Of a DNA stretch of 64,000 nt, positions 19,357 through 28,920 are shown piece after piece. Position numbers and translations under genes: made by a program. The DNA is taken from positions 3,104,001-3,168,000 of the forward strand of contig OZ250173.1 of NCBI GenBank assembly GCA_965238075.1. Direction: 5' to 3'. The notes beneath the pieces are model-generated. The model did no database searches. It saw only the letters and a program-made list of their open reading frames with translations, and had not been told where the DNA came from. Each line of letters starts with the position of its first letter. Positions within the stretch are counted from its first letter, which is position 1. Origin of the DNA: Candidatus Entotheonellaceae bacterium. GTDB lineage: Bacteria; Tectomicrobia; Entotheonellia; Entotheonellales; Entotheonellaceae.

Positions 19357-19824
19357 ATGGCCATATGGATCAACAATCGCCAGCGGCGCGTGGCACTCAA
19401 TACGCCGTTTGTGAAGAAACAAGCCCTGCGGATGATGGCCTACCTTGGGTGCAGCGAAAACGAGCTCAGCGTGGTCTTCGTGCATGACGAGCGCATGCGG
19501 TCGTTGAATCGCGCTTACCGCTGCAAGGACCGTCCCACCAACGTGCTGGCTTTTCCACAATGCCCAAGCTATGAAGGCGAGCCCCAGACCCTTTTGCTAG
19601 GGGATGTCGTGATTTCGCTGCCGACTGCGGCGCGTGAGGCCTTCGAACTCGGCCAGACGCTTGAGGAACGCGTCGTGTTTCTTCTTGCCCATGGCCTGCT
19701 TCACCTATTGGGCTATGACCATGAGCGGTCCGCTGCCCAACGTCGCCGGATGGAATGTCGCGAACAAGATATTTTCTCGCACCTGAAGGGACAGCCGGCA
19801 TCAACAGAGCGCTGTCAGCCCTGA
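19357..19824 (+). CDS. ybeY: rRNA maturation endoribonuclease YbeY
   Basis: LNRAYRCKDRPTNVLAF, LGDVVIS, HGLLHLLGYDH. Confidence 0.96.
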   Translation: MAIWINNRQRRVALNTPFVKKQALRMMAYLGCSENELSVVFVHDERMRSLNRAYRCKDRPTNVLAFPQCPSYEGEPQTLLLGDVVISLPTAAREAFELGQTLEERVVFLLAHGLLHLLGYDHERSAAQRRRMECREQDIFSHLKGQPASTERCQP

Positions 19825-19847
19825 CCCTGATCAGGACACACCATGTC

Positions 19848-22535
19848 ATGAACACATCAGGTTCAAGCCATCCGCCTCATAGCACTGTTGCCAATCCTCA
19901 ACTCACGCCCATGATGGAGCAGTATGCGAATTTGAAGGCCAAGGCCGGCGACGCGCTGCTCTTTTTTCGCATGGGAGATTTTTACGAGTTGTTTCACGAT
20001 GATGCCATCATCGCCGCCAAAGCCCTCAACATCACGCTGACATCGCGCCAGAAACACCAGGATGATCCGATACCCATGTGCGGGGTTCCTTACCACAGTG
20101 CTGAAGGGTATGTGGAACGCTTGTTGCAGCAGGGATTGAAAGTCGCCATTGCCGAACAGATTGAAGACCCCAGACATGCCGAAGGCTTGGTGAAGCGGGA
20201 CATTATTCGCATCGTCACGCCGGGAACTATCGTCAGCGCGAACTCACTGGAGCCCAAGGTCCACAACTTCCTGGCCTGCATCGCAATTACAACCGACGGG
20301 GCCGGGTTCGCATTTGTCGATGTGTCCACCGGTACCTTCGCGGTCACAACATGGACGTCCGAAGGCCCTTGGCAGCAGGCGCTCAGAGGTGAATATGAGC
20401 GCCTGCAACCGCGGGAAGTCCTCATCCCGAAGCCCCTTGCGATACCTGTCGATATCGTCGAACGCCCTGCAGATCATTTCCCCAACACGCTCCAACCGTG
20501 GGATTCCCAGCATTTCCGCGTAGACCGAGCCTACCGCCGCTTAACGCAGCACTTCTCCGTGCGCTCACTGGAGAGTTTTGGATGTGAAGAACAACCACTC
20601 GCCATTGCGGCGGCCGGTGCCTTGTTGGCCTATGCGTATGAGACGCAGCAAAAAAACATGGTGCACGTACATGGGCTGAATTATTACAACACGGGCGATT
20701 ACATGGTGCTTGACAAGACCACGAGACAAAACTTGGACTTGTTGCCGTCGCCCGCCACACAGGGACGCAATGGGTCCCTCTTGGAAGTCATTGATACCAC
20801 GGTTACGGCCATGGGGGGACGCCTCCTACGCGAGTGGCTGTCGCAGCCCCTGTGTCGGTTGGAGCCCCTCCAAGAGCGACAGGATGCGGTTGCGAACATC
20901 GTCGAGCAATCCGATAGGAGGGCGCGCCTGCGTGACGCTCTGGGAGCCATCGCCGATCTTGAGCGGCTTATGGGTCGGCTGTCGCTCGGCACGGTTAACC
21001 CACGCGAACTCGTGGCCTTGCGCCGCTCTATTGAGGGACTTCCGGGTATTGAAAAGGCGTTGCAGGGTGCCGATAGCGCGCTTCTGACCGGTTTCGGGTC
21101 ACAATGGGACTCTCTGGCCGATCTGGCCGTTCTGATCAAGGAGGCGCTTGTTGATGATCCCCCGGCGACTTTGCGGGACGGGTGGGTCATACGTTCGGAT
21201 TCCTGTCAGGAATTGAAAACGCTTCGGGAGGAGAGCACGTCGGGCAAGAATTGGCTGAGTGAATTGGAAGCACAAGAGCGCGAACGAACGGGCATTTCTT
21301 CACTGCGGGTCGGATTCAACAAGGTGTTCGGGTATTACATCGAGGTGCGCAAGACGTATCTGAACCAGGTGCCGGACAATTACGTGCGCAAACAAACCCT
21401 GGTGAACGCCGAACGTTTCATCGTACCGGTGCTGAAAGACCGTGAAGTACAGATGTTGCGGGCGGCGGAAGAGGCCATCAGTCTGGAGCACCAACTCTAC
21501 GATGCTCTGGTGAAACAACTGGTAGACAACGCCGGACGCTTGCAGCAGATGGCGCGGATTGTGGGCCAGATCGATGTCATTGCTGCACTGGCCCACACGG
21601 CAACGATTCGACGGTATTGTCGCCCGACGCTTGATATGGGTGATGAATTGGCGATTGCGGACGGCCGTCACCCGGTTCTGGAGGTCGTATACCAGGAAGA
21701 GCGTTTCGTGCCGAATGACACCCTGCTAGACCGGGAGGATCAACAGATTCTGCTGCTGACGGGTCCGAACATGGCAGGGAAATCGACGTACATGCGTCAA
21801 GTGGCGCTCAATGTCGTGCTGGGCCAAATCGGCAGTTACGTGCCGGCGCGCAGGGCTCACATCGGCCTGGTTGACCGGATATTTACCCGTGTGGGGGCGC
21901 AGGACGTATTGTCAAAAGGGCAGAGCACCTTCATGGTGGAAATGACCGAAACTGCCAATATCCTGCACAATCTCACGGCTCGGAGTCTCATCTTGCTGGA
22001 TGAAATTGGCAGGGGTACCAGCACCTATGATGGTATGAGCATCGCGTGGGCCGTCATTGAATACATCCACAACCATCGGGGCCTGCGTCCGCGAGCGCTT
22101 TTCGCCACGCATTATCATGAATTGACGAATCTGGCTGAGTGGCTTTCACGGTTGCATAATTTCAACGCTTTGGTTCAGGAGGAGGGGGAACAGATCGTTT
22201 TTCTGCGACACATCGTACCGGGAAGCGCTGATCGCAGCTATGGCATTCAGGTTGCGCGGTTGGCGGGACTTCCGACTTCCGTTGTGTGCCGGGCGAACCA
22301 ATTATTGACACGCCTCGAATCGAGATCAGCCTCTAGCGAATCCGCAGGGGACCACGCCCGCCCTCAGTCCGCCGCTATTCCCGCCCAACAGCCCTATCGA
22401 CAACCTACGCTCTTTGATGATCTTTCGACGCAGTTGTTGGATGAACTGCGAACGACCGCCATAGATGAATTGTCACCGCTGGAAGCTTTGAACAAGTTGG
22501 CGGAGTATCAAGGCAGGGCTCGCCGCCTCCCATAG
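19848..22535 (+). CDS. mutS: DNA mismatch repair protein MutS
   Basis: TPMMEQY, FFRMGDFYELF, TGPNMAGKSTYMRQ, DEIGRGTST, FATHYHEL, SYGIQVARLAG. Confidence 0.98.
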   Translation: MNTSGSSHPPHSTVANPQLTPMMEQYANLKAKAGDALLFFRMGDFYELFHDDAIIAAKALNITLTSRQKHQDDPIPMCGVPYHSAEGYVERLLQQGLKVAIAEQIEDPRHAEGLVKRDIIRIVTPGTIVSANSLEPKVHNFLACIAITTDGAGFAFVDVSTGTFAVTTWTSEGPWQQALRGEYERLQPREVLIPKPLAIPVDIVERPADHFPNTLQPWDSQHFRVDRAYRRLTQHFSVRSLESFGCEEQPLAIAAAGALLAYAYETQQKNMVHVHGLNYYNTGDYMVLDKTTRQNLDLLPSPATQGRNGSLLEVIDTTVTAMGGRLLREWLSQPLCRLEPLQERQDAVANIVEQSDRRARLRDALGAIADLERLMGRLSLGTVNPRELVALRRSIEGLPGIEKALQGADSALLTGFGSQWDSLADLAVLIKEALVDDPPATLRDGWVIRSDSCQELKTLREESTSGKNWLSELEAQERERTGISSLRVGFNKVFGYYIEVRKTYLNQVPDNYVRKQTLVNAERFIVPVLKDREVQMLRAAEEAISLEHQLYDALVKQLVDNAGRLQQMARIVGQIDVIAALAHTATIRRYCRPTLDMGDELAIADGRHPVLEVVYQEERFVPNDTLLDREDQQILLLTGPNMAGKSTYMRQVALNVVLGQIGSYVPARRAHIGLVDRIFTRVGAQDVLSKGQSTFMVEMTETANILHNLTARSLILLDEIGRGTSTYDGMSIAWAVIEYIHNHRGLRPRALFATHYHELTNLAEWLSRLHNFNALVQEEGEQIVFLRHIVPGSADRSYGIQVARLAGLPTSVVCRANQLLTRLESRSASSESAGDHARPQSAAIPAQQPYRQPTLFDDLSTQLLDELRTTAIDELSPLEALNKLAEYQGRARRLP

Positions 22536-22648
22536 GCGAGGATGCATAAGGACTTATTGGCTTGCCTTTTCCTCGGTGTCCGTTTAGTGTGTGCGCGCAA
22601 TGTTTCATAACGGCATCGAATTCCTGCCTTTACATCTCCCTGTAATCT

Positions 22649-23035
22649 ATGTCTCTTAGACGACAGAACCAAGGATCAAACGAGGCTTTGTTTTGGTCAC
22701 TGCTTGCGAGGGCGCGGGTTATGCGCTTGGTCAGGTGTGGGCTATTGGTTTTGGTTCTCGGGGTAGGAGTAGAACTCTATGTGCCTCTTGGTGGTGAAGC
22801 TTCTACCTTCCGCTGGCACGATTTTTCCATCACACTGCCTCTCACCGCATTGATTGCCCGGATCGGATTAGGACTCGTAGGTGGGATGGCTTTGGACGAG
22901 CGCCGCAGAGTTGTCGAATGGTGGGAAATGACCGAGGAGTTCCTGCATGGCATAAGGGACGTTTTGAATTCGCTTCAACTGTCGCCTCGTATTGAACTGC
23001 CTATAGGCTCAACGAGGGCAGGGGACCTTTCATGA
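22649..23035 (+). CDS. Small membrane protein ending in an NtrY-like His-box (DHp helix 1), without a kinase ATPase domain; alternative start ATG 22721; could be a pseudogene remnant
   Basis: Two hydrophobic segments, then EWWEMTEEFLHGIRDVLNSLQLS, which aligns with NtrY-type AWREVARRIAHEIKNPLTPIQLS; 10 nt upstream of the REC-LpxC gene. Confidence 0.5.
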   Translation: MSLRRQNQGSNEALFWSLLARARVMRLVRCGLLVLVLGVGVELYVPLGGEASTFRWHDFSITLPLTALIARIGLGLVGGMALDERRRVVEWWEMTEEFLHGIRDVLNSLQLSPRIELPIGSTRAGDLS

Positions 23036-23045
23036 GGCGAGTCGA

Positions 23046-24344
23046 ATGACGGAAAGCATACACATGGGAATACGTCGCGTCTTAATTGTTGATGACGACG
23101 CAAGCCTGTCGAGGGCATTAGCTGGCGCACTTAAGGAAGAGGGCTTTCAGGCAATTTGCAGCGTCGATGGACAGGAGGCTCTGAGGCTTGTCCACAGTTT
23201 CCGCCCGGACGTGATGCTCCTTGACATCTGGCTGCCCGGCATGAACGGTATCGAAATCCTGCAAGCTTTGCAGAGCACGGATGTCGCATGTCCAGTCATC
23301 ATGTTGTCAGGCTACGGCACGATTGCCATGGCCGTGAAGGCGATTCAACTTGGAGCTTTCGATTACATTGAAAAGCCTTGTTCGCTCGATAGGCTGGTGG
23401 ATAGCATTAGACAAGCCTGTCCTCCGCGCGATGTCGCAGTCATTTCCCAGTCGTCTTCCGCAACCTCTTCGCTATCGATGGGTCATACCCGTTCAGGCTC
23501 ACCATTTGCGGTTCACCATCCCCAGCGCACGCTGCGCTGCAGTGTGGTTGGATACGGACTGGGACTGCAATCCGGTGTTAAGACGGGCATTATTCTTGAG
23601 CCGATGCCGACCGACAGCGGCATTGTCTTCAGGAACGTTGCAACAGGTGAAACGTTACCGGCCGCTATTGATTTCGTTACGTCCACCAACTTTTGTACGA
23701 CGTTGCATCGAAAAGGTGTCACGGTCAGAACAATCGAGCATCTCATGTCGGCCTTGCACGCTTATGGCATTACCAATTTACTGGTCCAAGTTGGCGACGA
23801 AGTGCCCATTATGGACGGCTCAGCCACCTCCTTCTGTCAGCTTATCGAAGAGGGCGGCGTCGTCGAGCAGGGGGGTGAACTGGAAGAATTCGTTGTGGAC
23901 CGCTGTTATCACGTGGGCCAAATCGACCCGGCGTCCAAATTCATTCTGGTCGAGCCTTACGATGGATTTAAGGTCTCCTACCGCTTGCATTACCCTCAGC
24001 CGTTAGGCATTCAAGAGTTCACGTATGAGCACCGGAATGGGGCGAGTTATCGCTTTGAGATTGCCCCAGCGCGCACCTTTGCGTTTGTGCGTGAGGTGGA
24101 AAAGATGCACGACATGGGACTAATCGCCGGCGGGCGCCTGAATAATGTCATTTTACTGGGCGATGAAAAAATCGTAAATAACGTACAGTTGCGGTTTCCT
24201 GATGAATGTGTTCGGCATAAGGTACTCGACCTCATTGGAGATTTGTACCTGCTTGGCAAAAGTTTGCGCGGGCACGTGCGGGCGAATATGACCGGGCACA
24301 CCGAAAATGTGGCTCTGGTGAAACAGCTTTCCGACGCCCTGTGA
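23046..24344 (+). CDS. lpxC: Fusion of a response-regulator receiver domain and UDP-3-O-acyl-GlcNAc deacetylase LpxC
   Basis: N-terminal REC: LIVDDD, LLDIWLP, MLSG, YIEKP. C-terminal LpxC: QRTL, TIEHLMSAL, EVPIMDGSA, IAPARTF, RHKVLDLIGDL, TGH. Single uninterrupted ORF. Confidence 0.93.
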   Translation: MTESIHMGIRRVLIVDDDASLSRALAGALKEEGFQAICSVDGQEALRLVHSFRPDVMLLDIWLPGMNGIEILQALQSTDVACPVIMLSGYGTIAMAVKAIQLGAFDYIEKPCSLDRLVDSIRQACPPRDVAVISQSSSATSSLSMGHTRSGSPFAVHHPQRTLRCSVVGYGLGLQSGVKTGIILEPMPTDSGIVFRNVATGETLPAAIDFVTSTNFCTTLHRKGVTVRTIEHLMSALHAYGITNLLVQVGDEVPIMDGSATSFCQLIEEGGVVEQGGELEEFVVDRCYHVGQIDPASKFILVEPYDGFKVSYRLHYPQPLGIQEFTYEHRNGASYRFEIAPARTFAFVREVEKMHDMGLIAGGRLNNVILLGDEKIVNNVQLRFPDECVRHKVLDLIGDLYLLGKSLRGHVRANMTGHTENVALVKQLSDAL

Positions 24345-24353
24345 GTTGTTGCG

Positions 24354-25094
24354 GTGACCGCTGGAGGAGAGTGCCATTTGAAGGTAAGGTGCAGCGATTG
24401 GCGACGTAAACAGATCAGGCAGCTGCGTCTACCGATCAGTTGTCTATTGGCCGTGTTCATCGGCATGGTGGGGTTCATCGGAGACAGCAGGGGCCTGGAA
24501 CTTGGTACGTTGATTGACAGAATCCAGGTCGCTTATGACCGCATGCAAGCCTTGACCGCTGACTTTCAGCAAGTTGCAACCCTCACATCGATCAACCGGC
24601 AACAGTTTTCGTCAGGCCGTCTGTATATTGAGAAACCTCACTGGATTCGTTGGGAATATGACAACCCGGAAAAACAGACCATCCTTTATAACGGTTCGGC
24701 CTTGCGCATTTACACGCCCAAGCGGCGGCAACTCTTGCAAAGTGTCATCGATGAGAGCACCCGTTCCAGTGTCGCCCTTCTATTTCTTGCCGGAGTCGTT
24801 AAGCTCCGCGATGTTTTCGCCATAACGGCCCTGCCCGAAACCGAGACAGGGCAGATGCTGATCCGCTTATTGCCACGTTCGCGTTTGGCTGGTTTCACTG
24901 AGTTGCGTGCGGCGATTAACCCGCGGAGTTACTTTATAGAAGGTCTGTGGATACATGACCCGATTGGGAACTTTACGGAAATCCGTCTTTCAACGCTCAC
25001 CGTTCACGCAACTTTACCTGCACATACCTTTGAGCTTGATTTGCCTCCAGATACAGAAATACTCAGCCCCAGCGACTTCGCAACCCCCCAGTAA
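24354..25094 (+). CDS. lolA: Outer-membrane lipoprotein carrier LolA family (start uncertain)
   Basis: Signal-like segment, ADFQQ, SGRLYIEKPHWIRWEY..PEKQ, D..GN.TEI. Confidence 0.85.
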   Translation: MTAGGECHLKVRCSDWRRKQIRQLRLPISCLLAVFIGMVGFIGDSRGLELGTLIDRIQVAYDRMQALTADFQQVATLTSINRQQFSSGRLYIEKPHWIRWEYDNPEKQTILYNGSALRIYTPKRRQLLQSVIDESTRSSVALLFLAGVVKLRDVFAITALPETETGQMLIRLLPRSRLAGFTELRAAINPRSYFIEGLWIHDPIGNFTEIRLSTLTVHATLPAHTFELDLPPDTEILSPSDFATPQ

Positions 25095-25213
25095 TGGATG
25101 AGCGTCCAGCTTCGGCGGATTTGTCGAGATAAGTCCATCCGAACGGACAGACCTTGGCATGGCAGGACGCGGCGCGAAAATTGACCGCGGGGTTTTTGTA
25201 AAGGGACAACACG

Positions 25214-26284
25214 ATGGAACCGACAGTGGCAGTTTTTATCTTTACGGCATTGCGATTCCTTGCGGTGCTTGGAGCCCTCATCGCCGTGCATGAGTTCGGT
25301 CATTTCATCGTGGCCAAGAAATCCGGCGTGCTTGTCGAACGATTTTCTATTGGATTTGGGCCGCCAATCTGGCGCAAGAAATCGGGTGACACGGAATACC
25401 GCCTTTCGGTAATCCCGTTGGGTGGCTACGTCAAGATGTACGGAGAGGATTTGGATGCCGAAATCAAGGAGAGCGAACGAGAGGGGTCGTTTCAACATCA
25501 ATCGGTGTGGAAACGGATTCCGATTGTAGCGGCAGGTCCGGCATTCAACATTTTCTTTGCGATTGCTCTCATCGCCTTTGTCCAGGTGGTTGGCTATCCG
25601 GTGGAGCAGTCGGTCCATATCGGCCGCATTCTCGAGGGTTCGGCGGCGGCCGAGGCTGGATTGCAAGCGGACGACGAGGTAATCAGGCTGAATGGCCAAG
25701 TCATCAGGCGAATTGAAGATCTCAAGCAACAAATCGTGGCAAGCAGGGGTAGCACGCTTTCCATGCAAATTACTCGAAACGGGCAGGAGCAAAGTCTTCT
25801 CATAACCCCACGCCAGGTTCAGGATGCTGAGGAATGGCGTATTGGCGTGGAACTGCGTCCGGGTAATTTCGTCTTGCAGCGCACCGATCCGTTTTCGGCG
25901 CTCGTTCGCGGTTGCGTTTGGACTTGGCGGATAACGCAGTTGACGTTCACAGGCTTCGGACAGATCATCTCCGGTGCCATCCCGGTTTCGGAAAGTCTTG
26001 CAGGTCCGCTCGGTATTGCGCAGGAAATTAGCCGACAGGCTGACAATGGTTGGCGCAATGTGGTCTTTCTGACCGCTGCCATCAGCGTAAGTTTGGCTAT
26101 TTTGAACCTTCTTCCCATTCCTGTCCTTGATGGTGGCCACTTGCTCTTTTTCGTGATCGAAATCGTTCAAGGAGGGCCTCTCAGCGTGCGCAAACGGGAG
26201 ATTGCTCACCAAGTAGGACTGGTGATATTGGTGTGCCTGATGCTCTTTGCTTTCTACAACGACCTCATGCGTTTGTTCTCCTGA
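25214..26284 (+). CDS. rseP: RIP metalloprotease RseP
   Basis: VHEFGH, FSIGFGP, IPLGGYVKM, AGPAFN, PDZ domain, NLLPIPVLDGGH. Confidence 0.97.
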   Translation: MEPTVAVFIFTALRFLAVLGALIAVHEFGHFIVAKKSGVLVERFSIGFGPPIWRKKSGDTEYRLSVIPLGGYVKMYGEDLDAEIKESEREGSFQHQSVWKRIPIVAAGPAFNIFFAIALIAFVQVVGYPVEQSVHIGRILEGSAAAEAGLQADDEVIRLNGQVIRRIEDLKQQIVASRGSTLSMQITRNGQEQSLLITPRQVQDAEEWRIGVELRPGNFVLQRTDPFSALVRGCVWTWRITQLTFTGFGQIISGAIPVSESLAGPLGIAQEISRQADNGWRNVVFLTAAISVSLAILNLLPIPVLDGGHLLFFVIEIVQGGPLSVRKREIAHQVGLVILVCLMLFAFYNDLMRLFS

Positions 26285-26345
26285 TGATGTTGTTGTCGGG
26301 TGCATGCGAATACGCAGTCATTTTTCGACGGAGCGGACTTTTCTC

Positions 26346-26374
26346 TTGCAGTAGAATAAGGCATTTGCCATACT
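26346..26374 (+). promoter_or_regulatory. Putative sigma70 promoter of the rimP-nusA-infB operon
   Basis: TTGCAG-17 nt-CATACT with an extended -10 TG. Confidence 0.45.
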
Positions 26375-26439
26375 CACCAACCACCTTTTCAATACCTTAG
26401 ACAGCATATCGGCCTATAGCATCACCTTAATGAGCCCTC

Positions 26440-26907
26440 ATGCAACGCGAAACATTGTCTCAACACGTTAGTGAAGCGATAAAACCTTTCCTCGATGCCC
26501 AAGGTGTCGAGTTTGTTGAATTGCAACTGCAACAACATAAGGGCCGATGGTTGGTACGAGTCTTCGTGGATAATAACGGTGGCATATCATTGGAAGATTG
26601 CCGCATTCTAAGTTTTGAGATCGGTCAGTTATTGGATGCAGAGAACCTGGTTCCGGCATCATATGTGCTCGAAGTATCTTCTCCCGGTTTAGACAGGCCC
26701 TTGAAAAATTTGCGGGACTTCCGACGCCAATGCCAGCGTATGGTGACTGTATTCTTGCATTCTCCATATCTGGATAAGGCTCAGTATACTGGCCGGGTGG
26801 CCGCAGTAACGGAATCGCATCTCTTTCTGCACAGCGACACCGAAGCGCCGATTACGATCCCATTTCAATCTATCGACCATGGGGTTGTCGAATTGGAGTT
26901 CAAATGA
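26440..26907 (+). CDS. rimP: Ribosome maturation factor RimP
   Basis: GISLEDC, YVLEVSSPGLDRPL; lies before nusA. Confidence 0.96.
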   Translation: MQRETLSQHVSEAIKPFLDAQGVEFVELQLQQHKGRWLVRVFVDNNGGISLEDCRILSFEIGQLLDAENLVPASYVLEVSSPGLDRPLKNLRDFRRQCQRMVTVFLHSPYLDKAQYTGRVAAVTESHLFLHSDTEAPITIPFQSIDHGVVELEFK

Positions 26908-26973
26908 GCGTGTCCGGTTTTGAACGGGTCTCATGCAAAGTGCAGCCTGATGCCTAGGAGGAATGCATAGCTT

Positions 26974-28155
26974 GTGAATCCAGAACTGTTACGTCTCATT
27001 GATCAGATCAGTCGTGAAAAGGGAATAGAGAAAGAGACCCTGGTCGAGGCGATCGTCTCGGCCGTCCTGTCAGCCGGTCGTAAACGATTCGGCACGGCTG
27101 ACAACATGGGGGTGCGCCTGGATGAGGAAACGGGTGCCATTACCCTGTACTTTGAGAGGAAAGTCGTTCCGGTGTCGGATGTTTCTGATGACACGCTTGA
27201 GATCAGCCTTGAAGACGCCAGAGAGATGTATCCGGACGCGAATTTGGATGAAACCGTTGAAGTCCCGTACGAACTTGAAGATTTTGGCCGCATCGCAGCA
27301 CAGACAGCAAAACAGGTGATTATTCAGAAAGTCCGTGAAGCCGAACGCGACATGGTCTATCGCGAGTTCAAGCATCGCCAGGGCGATCTCGTGAATGGGA
27401 TCGTCACGCGGGTAGAGCGAGAGGATAACTTGATGGTTGACCTCGGCAAGACGGAAGCTCTTTTGCCGCGCCGAGAACAATCTTTTCGCGAGGTCTTCAA
27501 GCGAGGTGACCGAATCCGGGCGCATATTATTGAGGTCAAACGCTCTTCAAGCGGGCCTCAGGTCATTCTTTCCCGTACGCACCCTGTTTTCCTGATGCGC
27601 CTGTTTGAAATGGAAGTGCCAGAAATTTACGAAGGAATCATTGAGATCAAGGCCGCCGCGAGGGATGCCAGCGGCCGGGCAAAGATCGCCGTCATGTCTC
27701 ATGATAAGGACATCGACCCCATTGGCGCCTGCGTGGGTATGCGGGGCATGCGTGTGCAGTCTGTTGTGCAAGAACTGCGGGGGGAAAAGATCGATATCGT
27801 GCAATGGACGGAAGACGCCGTGCAATTCGTGCACAATGCTCTCAGCCCCGCCAAGGCGGTGCGGATAGAGGCGGACGAAGCTGAGAAAACAATGCAGGTC
27901 CTCGTTGCGGAAGACCAATTATCTCTGGCCATCGGCAAGCGCGGCCAAAACGTTCGTTTGGCAGCAAAGCTCACACAATGGAAAATCGATATCAGGAATG
28001 CTCAGGGGGCTGAATCGGACAGCCAGCGTCAGGAAGCTTTACGCCTTGCGGAAAGCGTCTTCCAGCCTGCCAAGGCTGTGGACAAAGAAGATGCTTCGGC
28101 GGCAGAGGAACAGAGCGAAGCCTCACCCCCAAACACGTTGTCTCCTGAGTGCTGA
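26974..28155 (+). CDS. nusA: Transcription factor NusA
   Basis: FGRIAAQTAKQVIIQKVREAER, S1 and KH domains, DPIGACVGMRG, LAIGKRGQNVRLA. Confidence 0.98.
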   Translation: MNPELLRLIDQISREKGIEKETLVEAIVSAVLSAGRKRFGTADNMGVRLDEETGAITLYFERKVVPVSDVSDDTLEISLEDAREMYPDANLDETVEVPYELEDFGRIAAQTAKQVIIQKVREAERDMVYREFKHRQGDLVNGIVTRVEREDNLMVDLGKTEALLPRREQSFREVFKRGDRIRAHIIEVKRSSSGPQVILSRTHPVFLMRLFEMEVPEIYEGIIEIKAAARDASGRAKIAVMSHDKDIDPIGACVGMRGMRVQSVVQELRGEKIDIVQWTEDAVQFVHNALSPAKAVRIEADEAEKTMQVLVAEDQLSLAIGKRGQNVRLAAKLTQWKIDIRNAQGAESDSQRQEALRLAESVFQPAKAVDKEDASAAEEQSEASPPNTLSPEC

Positions 28156-28255
28156 GGAAGAACATTCAAAGCCGTAAGACGAAATCAGAGGCACGGCGTG
28201 TCGCGCATACAAGATGGGATCGATCAAACGGTTTCTGATCATGGCATGAGGACGT

Positions 28256-28843
28256 ATGCCTCCAGAACGCACCTGTATCGGATGCAAAGCCAAGCGAGGC
28301 CAAACCGAATTGCTTCGCCTTGTATGTGCTGCTAGCGGCGAAGTGGTGTTTGACCACACAGGACGTGCTCCGGGGAGAGGGACTTACGTCTGCTGTGACG
28401 CACGATGCTTTCGTAGGGCCTTCAAGTCCCCACGGCTGACTTCCGTGTTCCAGCGGGCCGTTGTCGTGCCGACGCTTGACGCTGCATGTGGAACAAACCT
28501 GTCATCTCTCTACGACCGTCTCGGTGGCTGCCTCAGTATTGCGCAAAGAGCCGGTGGGTTGGCCTCTGGCTACATGTCGCTGCGTCGGGCGTGCAGCCGG
28601 AGCCGGGTCGTGTACATGGTTGTGGCGGAAAATGCCGCTGCCCAGCGTGCCGCGGAATATCGTGTGTGGTGTGCGGAGCAGGAAGTTCCGTACATTACAC
28701 TGTTTACGAAAGAGGAATTGGGGCGGCGCATCGGTAAGACGAGTCGAAGTGCGGTCGGTTTGTTGAATCCACATTTCCGCGTTTCTTTTTGCGCGACGCT
28801 GACCTTATTGCAGACATTGGAGGCGTCACTGGATTTTCTTTAG
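28256..28843 (+). CDS. YlxR (DUF448) fused to an L7Ae/YlxQ-like domain
   Basis: PERTCIGC...LLRLV...GRGTYVC; C-terminal half IAQRAG...SG...FTKEELGRRIGK. Confidence 0.88.
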   Translation: MPPERTCIGCKAKRGQTELLRLVCAASGEVVFDHTGRAPGRGTYVCCDARCFRRAFKSPRLTSVFQRAVVVPTLDAACGTNLSSLYDRLGGCLSIAQRAGGLASGYMSLRRACSRSRVVYMVVAENAAAQRAAEYRVWCAEQEVPYITLFTKEELGRRIGKTSRSAVGLLNPHFRVSFCATLTLLQTLEASLDFL

Positions 28844-28920
28844 GTTAAGGGTGACGTTTGCCGCAATTGAAACAGGCGGCTTAAGGACAAAAGATTTTTT
28901 ATTGCGGGGGGGGGATATGC

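Noticed and set aside
25004-26305. 433-aa minus-strand ORF (likewise 36124..37317, 52740..53771, 56625..57479)
   Set aside because: Antisense to well-supported genes (rseP, EF-G paralogue, ccmC/D, ccmF); typical of GC-rich codon bias
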